NCBI GenBank assembly: GCA_963662715.1
Contig: OY759724.1
Span: 900,001-932,000 of the forward strand
DNA length: 32,000 nt
Source: Candidatus Omnitrophota bacterium
GTDB lineage: Bacteria > Omnitrophota > Gorgyraeia > Zapsychrales > JANLHA01
Direction of reading: 5' to 3'
Both the position numbers and the translations under genes were made by a program. The notes under the pieces are model-generated. The model did not search any database. It was not told the origin of the DNA and was given only the letters and a program-made list of their open reading frames with translations. Below are positions 26,207 to 32,000 of this stretch, in pieces (position 1 is the stretch's first letter; every line of letters begins with the position of its first letter).

Positions 26207-28087
26207 TCACGAGGCCCGGGAAATAACAATCAATGCAATCAACAGCGGAATATAACCTAAAATCAAAAAAACAACACCGATAATATTCCAAATTTTTTGT
26301 TTGGCTTTCAATTCTTCTAAGGATTTATAATTCTTTGCCTTATATGCGATACTGTTGCCAAACTCCCCCAAGTAAAGCATAAGAGAAAGGGAAATAAAAG
26401 CAGCGACAATAAATCCTGTTAAACTTGTTGAGGCGACAATATTACAAAAACAAAAAATTAATAAGACAAGCGCAGCAGTCCCAATCCTTTTATGAAATAA
26501 CAGCCAAAACAAAGGGAGAGAAAAAGCTCCGAAATTAAATCCAGGTATTTCAGAGATCGGTTCTTTATCCATGGTTTTCCTTACTATTTCTTTTTTCCAT
26601 GCCAGCATAGAAATCACAACCGAGGCTGCCAAGGCTAATAAGAGATATAAGGGGCCCCAAATTAAAGCTTTCCATGGATACCCTCCATACGAACTTTTTA
26701 TTTCTATCATCAAATCATTAATAAGCATAAGAGATAAAATTAAAGGTAAAAGATATTTTACTGAAATATCCCAAAATCTTATTAAACGGAAATGGGAAGC
26801 GTGGGCGATATGCAATCTCATCTTTCTAGCCCTGAATAACCAGGCAACTAAAACACATTCCATGACCCCTACGATAACCAAACCATAATGTGTAATAAAA
26901 TGGTCTAAAATATCCACCCAGAATAAACCACCTTTAGATGCAAAAAGGATACTTCCGACAAAGCCAGAAAGGCACACGGCAGATACAACTTTCTTACGTG
27001 CAAAGTGAAACTTATCGATTACGGCAGAGCTAAAGGCTTCCACTAAAGATATCCCGCTGGATAACCCGGCAATAACCAAGGACATAAAAAATAATATACC
27101 GAAAAGACTAGAAAAAGCTGGCATCAAACTAATGGCTTTTGGATATGCAATAAAAGCCAGACCGATAGACTCTTGGACCACATCTGCCACCGGTTTATTC
27201 AAGGTTAAAGCCATATACCCCAAAGTACCGAACACAGCGAACCCGGCCATAAAAGAAAACAAACAATTTCCGATACTAATAACCAAGGCATCCTGAACAA
27301 TATCCGCCTTACGCGGCAGATAAGAAGCGTAAGTGATCATAATCCCGAAAGCCAAAGACAGGGTAAAGAATATCTGAGAGAAAGCATCGATCCAAATCTG
27401 TGGGGTGTTCAACAAAGAAAAATCGGGCTTAAGATAAACATCGAGTCCCAAATGTGCCCCCTTCAAATTAATACTCCAAACAATAAGAATAGTAATTAGA
27501 AAAAAAAGGACTGGCATAAAAAACTTATTTGCCCTCTCAATCCCTCTTTGCACACCAAAATACACAACAATCCAACAGATAAACCAAACGGAAAATAAAG
27601 CAAAAAGGATATTCGTACGAATATCTCCTAATTCTAAAGGCCCCGAACTAAGCTGAAGAAAATTATGGTAGAAAAAATGGTTGGGATCGGCCCCCCAGGA
27701 AAGCTTTGCCGAAAAAAACACATAACTTAAACACCAGGCAATAATAACGGAATAGTACAACATAATGCCAAACATGGCACAATTAACAGCCCACCATCCG
27801 CACCATTCCCATTTTTTATTTACCTGGGCAAAACTCATAGGGGCGGCCCCGCGCATCTTGTGCCCGAACCCGAGTTCCAGGATCATTAAAGGAATTCCAA
27901 CTATAAAGAGGGCAATTATATAAGGGATAAGAAAAGCGCCGCCGCCGTTTTTATAGCAGAGGTAGGAAAAACGCCAGATGTTTCCCAACCCGACCGCCGA
28001 ACCTAAAGCTGCGAGGATAAAGCCCATACGCGTACGCCACTGAGCACGGGGGGAATGCGGTTTGCTGAGCTGGTATTTTTCTGACAT
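26207..28087 (-). CDS. Neurotransmitter:sodium symporter (SNF/NSS) family transporter with a C-terminal membrane extension
   Basis: 626 aa. WRTRMGFILAALGSAVGLGNIWRFSYLCYKNGGGAFLIPY is the NSS signature. The C-terminal ~130 aa (FNFGAFSLPLFWLLFHKRIG...) look DUF2628-like. Confidence 0.88.
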   Translation of the reverse strand: MSEKYQLSKPHSPRAQWRTRMGFILAALGSAVGLGNIWRFSYLCYKNGGGAFLIPYIIALFIVGIPLMILELGFGHKMRGAAPMSFAQVNKKWEWCGWWAVNCAMFGIMLYYSVIIAWCLSYVFFSAKLSWGADPNHFFYHNFLQLSSGPLELGDIRTNILFALFSVWFICWIVVYFGVQRGIERANKFFMPVLFFLITILIVWSINLKGAHLGLDVYLKPDFSLLNTPQIWIDAFSQIFFTLSLAFGIMITYASYLPRKADIVQDALVISIGNCLFSFMAGFAVFGTLGYMALTLNKPVADVVQESIGLAFIAYPKAISLMPAFSSLFGILFFMSLVIAGLSSGISLVEAFSSAVIDKFHFARKKVVSAVCLSGFVGSILFASKGGLFWVDILDHFITHYGLVIVGVMECVLVAWLFRARKMRLHIAHASHFRLIRFWDISVKYLLPLILSLMLINDLMIEIKSSYGGYPWKALIWGPLYLLLALAASVVISMLAWKKEIVRKTMDKEPISEIPGFNFGAFSLPLFWLLFHKRIGTAALVLLIFCFCNIVASTSLTGFIVAAFISLSLMLYLGEFGNSIAYKAKNYKSLEELKAKQKIWNIIGVVFLILGYIPLLIALIVISRAS

Positions 28088-28130
28088 GTCTCTTCTTAAA
28101 GATTAAGTGGAGAAACAGAAGATCAAGTTA

Positions 28131-28164
28131 AGGATGTATGTGCGGGTACCCGCACATACATCCT
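28131..28164. terminator. 34-bp perfect palindrome between the hppA stop and the SNF start (hairpin, possible terminator or operator)
   Basis: AGGATGTATGTGCGGGT|ACCCGCACATACATCCT. The T-run (ctttcttttttat) follows it on the plus strand only. On the gene-bearing minus strand it is followed by the moderately T-rich ttaacttgatcttctgtttc. Confidence 0.4.
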
Positions 28165-28204
28165 CTTTCTTTTTTATAGGTGATTTTCAGAAATAGTCAA
28201 ATGT

Positions 28205-30301
28205 TTATTTAAAAATAGCATTCTGAATAATAAAAGCAGCAAAAACGATCGCGACCATGGACATCAATTTGATTAAAATATTGATGCTCGGTCCTGAAGT
28301 GTCTTTAAAAGGATCTCCCACCGTGTCTCCGACAACCGTCGCTTTGTGGCCGGTAGAGCCTTTCCCGCCTAAGTGGCCTTCTTCGATATATTTTTTGGCA
28401 TTGTCCCAGGCCCCTCCGGCGTTGGCCATCATAATGGCCAAAACAAATCCGGAAGCCGTGGCGCCGATGAGAAGCCCGCCAAGGCTGTTAATCCCTAAAA
28501 GAAGCCCCAAGGCAATTGGCGTTAACACCGCCAGCATGGCCGGCAAACGCATTTCTTTCAAGGCTGCGGTCGTGACAATGTCCACGCATCGGGCATAATC
28601 CGGTTTCGCCTTTTTCTCCATTAAGCCGGGAATTTCCTTAAACTGCCTGCGGACTTCAACGACCACCAAGCCGCCGGCGCGGCCGACAGCGCTCATCGTC
28701 AGGGAAGAGAAAATATACGGCATGGTCGTCCCGACAAAAACACCGATCAAAACCGTCGGGTCCATCAGATTAAGGTCCAAAGCCCCGCCTTCCAGGACAA
28801 CTTTCTCTTTAAAAGCGGCAATCAGGGCCAAAGCCGTCAAAGCCGCTGATCCGATGGCAAACCCTTTACCCGTTGCAGCGGTTGTGTTCCCCAAAGAATC
28901 AAGGGCATCGGTTTTCACGCGGACCGACGGGTCAAGCCCGGCCATTTCCGCGTTCCCGCCCGCATTATCCGCCACCGGGCCGTAAGCGTCTGTGGCCAGG
29001 GTAATGCCCAGAGTACTCAACATACCGACAGCGGCGATACCGATACCGTACAGCCCGAGCGTAAAATTATTAAACCCGCCGGAGCAGGCAAAACTGGCCA
29101 TGATCGCAACGCTGATGATAATAATCGGGAACCCGGTCGAAATCATGCCGACAGATAACCCTTCAATAATGACAGTTGCCGGACCGGTTGATGACGCTTC
29201 GGCAATTCTTTTTGTCGGGTTATAATGAGATGAAGTAAAATATTCCGTAGAAAATCCTATCAGCAGACCGGCCCCCAAGCCGATGATAACGGCAAAAGCA
29301 ATCCCCATATACTCGGCCCCTAACTGAAGGTAAATCAGGATAAACGCTAAGACCGCCACAATCACAGAGGCCGCGTAAACGCCTTTATGCAGCGCCTGCA
29401 ACAGCACTTTTTGAGAGGCGTCTTCACCTGTCTTAACAAAAGAAATTCCCAGCATGGACGAAAGAATACCAACGGCGGCCATGACCATCGGAACGGTCAC
29501 GCCGGCCACACCCAGTCCGGCGGCAACACCCAAAGCTCCGGTCGCGACAATAGAGCCGACGTAAGATTCGTATAAATCCGCCCCCATCCCGGCAACGTCA
29601 CCCACGTTGTCCCCGACATTATCAGCAATAACCGCAGGGTTGCGCGGATCATCCTCGGGAATTCCGGCTTCAACTTTCCCGACCAAATCCGCCCCGACAT
29701 CAGCGGCTTTGGTGAATATCCCGCCGCCCACACGGGCAAAAAGGGCCTGAAAACTGGCGCCCATCCCAAAGGTCAGCATTGTGCTGGTGATCGCCGTGAT
29801 TTTGTCCATACCTTCCGGTAAGGTATAATGGGTATAAAACCAGTCCAGACTTAAGTACCAGCAGAAAAGGTCCAGCAACCCCAAACCGACAACCGTAAAC
29901 CCCATAACAGCCCCGGAAGAGAACGCGACCTTTAATCCGCCGTTTAAGCTTGAACGGCAGGCATTGGCCGTACGGGCCGAAGCCGCTGTGGCGATCGTCA
30001 TTCCGCAAAAGCCGGCCAGGGCGGAAAACATCCCCCCCGTTAAAAAAGCGAAAGGCACAAAAATCGCCAGATATCCCCGGAAGGCCAGAAAAAGGAGAAT
30101 AACAAAAATGACGGAGAAAAATTTCCCGACAGCCACAAATTGTCTTCTCAAATATGCCCCTGCCCCTTCCCGGACTGCGGACGCAATCTCTTTCATTTCA
30201 CTCGTACCTTCGTCTTCTTGATAAATTTTTTTGGTCAGGTAAAGACCATAGACCAATGCTCCTATCGATCCGAGCGGGACCAGGAAAAACAAATTGAACA
30301 T
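28205..30301 (-). CDS. hppA: Membrane-integral K+/H+(Na+)-translocating inorganic pyrophosphatase
   Basis: 698 aa, polytopic. Motifs [30 protein letters not shown] and [15 protein letters not shown] are diagnostic of M-PPases. Confidence 0.95.
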   Translation of the reverse strand: MFNLFFLVPLGSIGALVYGLYLTKKIYQEDEGTSEMKEIASAVREGAGAYLRRQFVAVGKFFSVIFVILLFLAFRGYLAIFVPFAFLTGGMFSALAGFCGMTIATAASARTANACRSSLNGGLKVAFSSGAVMGFTVVGLGLLDLFCWYLSLDWFYTHYTLPEGMDKITAITSTMLTFGMGASFQALFARVGGGIFTKAADVGADLVGKVEAGIPEDDPRNPAVIADNVGDNVGDVAGMGADLYESYVGSIVATGALGVAAGLGVAGVTVPMVMAAVGILSSMLGISFVKTGEDASQKVLLQALHKGVYAASVIVAVLAFILIYLQLGAEYMGIAFAVIIGLGAGLLIGFSTEYFTSSHYNPTKRIAEASSTGPATVIIEGLSVGMISTGFPIIIISVAIMASFACSGGFNNFTLGLYGIGIAAVGMLSTLGITLATDAYGPVADNAGGNAEMAGLDPSVRVKTDALDSLGNTTAATGKGFAIGSAALTALALIAAFKEKVVLEGGALDLNLMDPTVLIGVFVGTTMPYIFSSLTMSAVGRAGGLVVVEVRRQFKEIPGLMEKKAKPDYARCVDIVTTAALKEMRLPAMLAVLTPIALGLLLGINSLGGLLIGATASGFVLAIMMANAGGAWDNAKKYIEEGHLGGKGSTGHKATVVGDTVGDPFKDTSGPSINILIKLMSMVAIVFAAFIIQNAIFK

Positions 30302-30416
30302 ATGACCTCCTTTACTTATGAAGAATGGATATCTTCGAACGATTTGAGTTATTTGTCATTAAATGTTTTGGGGGAAATCATGATTCAAAACCACGTCCGG
30401 CAACATTAAAGAATCA

Positions 30417-30497
30417 TTATCCCTTATTAGGCTTGCGGCCGTGATTCGCCTTTTTAGAACGCCAGTTTAATTTGCCTCTTCGTTTCTTCTTGCTCAT
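30417..30497 (-). CDS. 26-aa highly basic small protein (possible bL37-like ribosomal peptide). Not in the ORF track.
   Basis: The minus strand reads gtagaGGAGGtgctttgagATGAGCAAGAAGAAACGAAGAGGCAAATTAAACTGGCGTTCTAAAAAGGCGAATCACGGCCGCAAGCCTAATAAGGGATAA, giving MSKKKRRGKLNWRSKKANHGRKPNKG. A strong SD lies 9 nt upstream of the ATG. Confidence 0.5.
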   Translation of the reverse strand: MSKKKRRGKLNWRSKKANHGRKPNKG

Positions 30498-30571
30498 CTC
30501 AAAGCACCTCCTCTACCCTGCTAAACGTATATTTTCGCTGAATTAGGGAATAATATTAATTTAAAGATATA

Positions 30572-30599
30572 TTTATAACAGTATTATGAAAAATTGCAA
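30572..30599 (-). promoter_or_regulatory. Sigma70-like promoter for the small basic ORF and hppA
   Basis: The minus strand reads TTGCAA (30599-30594), a 16-nt spacer ending in TGt, then TATAAA (30577-30572). Confidence 0.45.
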
Positions 30600-30630
30600 C
30601 AAAAAAATTATCCCGCAGCCCTTAAAGCGG

Positions 30631-31287
30631 TCACCCGACTCCGTTCAAGTCCTGCAGAATATCTATCAGCTCCCGGATATCATCAATAACCGTCAGCGGG
30701 TTTAACTCCTGCAATTCTTTTCTGGTCGATGACCCGGTCGTCACCGCAACGGTCTTGACCGCGGCGCGCTGCCCTGTCTGAACGTCAATCGTCATGTCCC
30801 CGACATACAGGCTTTCCGAAGGATGGGCATCGAATTTCATCAATATTGTCTTTAAAATATCCGGGTACGGCTTCGGGCGGTGGACCCGGTCGCCGCATAA
30901 AACATAATGAAAGTGTTCTTTCAGCCCCAGATGCCGCATAACGATATGCGAAAATTTTGTCGGGCGGTTGCTGGCAACCGCTGTCTTATACTTTTCCTTT
31001 TTAAGATAATTCAAAACTTTTTTGACGCCGGGCAGTGTTTTCGATCCTTTTTTAAGGGAAGTCTGGTGATGGCGGCGGTAGACATTCAGAACCTTATCAA
31101 TGTTTTCTTCCCCGACGAAACGCTGCAGGAGATGCCGGTCCCCCCACCCTACGGTCCGTTTGATCTGCTCGGCGCTTATGGGAGAAAACCCGAATTTCCT
31201 GAGGGTAAAATTGATGCTGCGTTCAACGGGCTTGTAAGCATCGATGAGTGTGCCGTCCAAGTCAAAGATAACAAGTTTGATTTTCAT
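30631..31287 (-). CDS. HAD-superfamily hydrolase (phosphoglycolate phosphatase-like)
   Basis: MKIKLVIFDLDGTLID (motif I), VASN (motif II region) and YVGDMTIDVQTG (motif IV). The track start at 31308 is a GTG; I prefer the ATG at 31287. Confidence 0.85.
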   Translation of the reverse strand: MKIKLVIFDLDGTLIDAYKPVERSINFTLRKFGFSPISAEQIKRTVGWGDRHLLQRFVGEENIDKVLNVYRRHHQTSLKKGSKTLPGVKKVLNYLKKEKYKTAVASNRPTKFSHIVMRHLGLKEHFHYVLCGDRVHRPKPYPDILKTILMKFDAHPSESLYVGDMTIDVQTGQRAAVKTVAVTTGSSTRKELQELNPLTVIDDIRELIDILQDLNGVG

Positions 31288-31323
31288 AAAATGTCCCAGG
31301 TTCTCCACGTTTTTCCGGCTAAG

Positions 31324-31917
31324 TTAAAAATTCACGACGCCTCCGGACACCGTAAACTTTATGGCTTCCTCCACGGATAATTCCGTAAAAATAATATCTT
31401 TTCTCGGGATCATGATCACATACCCTGTTAAAGGCCCGGGCGCGCTCGGGACAAAAACATTGCAGAGGTCTTCGCGCAGCAGGGTGCGGACTCTCTGCCC
31501 GGTTTCATTCGTTAAGAATCCCAGGGAGTAAATGCCCTTCCGGGGATACTGCACGATGACCACCTGTTTAAAAGATAAGCGCTCCCGGGAAAACAAAAAG
31601 ATCGCAATTTCCTTCAAAGGCGGGTAAACCTGCCGGAAGAACGGGAGCTGCAGCAAAAACCTTTCAAAGCCTCCGTATAATTTTTTCCCGAAATAATTGG
31701 TCGCAAAGAACCCGATGAGCACAATAATATAAACGCCGATGATGATGCTCAATCCCTTAAAATAAAAACCAAACTGCTGCAGGAAATACGGCTCAATAAA
31801 CTGCCGCAGAAGGTTGTCAGCAAAATCCAGGCTCCAGACAAACAGATAGATCGTCAGGACCAGCGGCAAAAAAACGACCAGGCCGTAGAGGAAATATCTC
31901 CTGAAGCTGCTTAACAT
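31324..31917 (-). CDS. DUF502-family membrane protein
   Basis: It has two N-terminal TM helices and then PSAPGPLTGYVIMIPRKDIIFTELSVEEAIKFTVSGG, typical of DUF502. The probable start is the ATG at 31917 (GGAG 8 nt upstream) rather than the track start at 31998. Confidence 0.75.
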   Translation of the reverse strand: MLSSFRRYFLYGLVVFLPLVLTIYLFVWSLDFADNLLRQFIEPYFLQQFGFYFKGLSIIIGVYIIVLIGFFATNYFGKKLYGGFERFLLQLPFFRQVYPPLKEIAIFLFSRERLSFKQVVIVQYPRKGIYSLGFLTNETGQRVRTLLREDLCNVFVPSAPGPLTGYVIMIPRKDIIFTELSVEEAIKFTVSGGVVNF

Positions 31918-32000
31918 AGGAAACTCCGCATTTATCTTAATTGATACATAATAACCATGCTCAACAGGAAAAAGAAGCCGATCGTCCAGGAATCCCACCC

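Noticed and set aside
25330-26255. Plus-strand ORFs of 64-142 aa running through the tandem array (25330-25758, 25682-25876, 25800-26003, 26016-26255)
   Set aside because: They start at GTG inside the repeat and merely reflect a stop-free frame being repeated. Unit lengths of 118 nt shift the frame between copies. They have no SD and their composition is not protein-like.

Overview
Nearly all genes in this window are on the minus strand, and it splits into two parts. (1) Positions 1 to ~6750 are visibly AT-richer than the rest (by eye, not computed) and abut the 3' end and terminator of an initiator-type tRNA-Met. This stretch carries six co-directional, tightly packed genes. In transcription order they are a MazG-like NTP pyrophosphohydrolase, a DUF2075-type nuclease/P-loop helicase with a C-terminal UmuD/LexA-like S24 domain, an HNH endonuclease, a divergent dCTP-deaminase/dUTPase-fold protein with two C-terminal TM helices, a Nudix hydrolase and an Old-Yellow-Enzyme flavin oxidoreductase (truncated by the window edge). 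I read this as a nucleotide-centred candidate anti-phage island. I cannot match it to a named system, and it is my best candidate for the undescribed system. (2) Positions ~6790-32000 are chromosomal backbone. It holds ftsB-eno, an FtsH-like protease plus a lipoprotein, purN, an MFS transporter, three paralogous GT-C/TPR (TMTC-like) membrane proteins, a fused membrane/spermidine-synthase-like protein, two single-domain response regulators, a Spy/CpxP-like protein, tRNA-Thr, tRNA-Phe, an AT-rich SNF transporter, a membrane pyrophosphatase, a HAD hydrolase and a DUF502 protein. Structures the gene list does not explain: an 8-copy ~118-bp tandem array (25231-26165), a ~100-bp duplication of the tRNA-Thr 3' end plus its flank, three 11-bp-phased TGTGCCA repeats at the island edge, and an unlisted 26-codon highly basic ORF upstream of the pyrophosphatase. 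All homology calls are by-eye motif recognition, since no searches could be run. Several ORF-track starts are GTG rendered as M; I moved those starts where an ATG with a Shine-Dalgarno (SD) sequence is evident.
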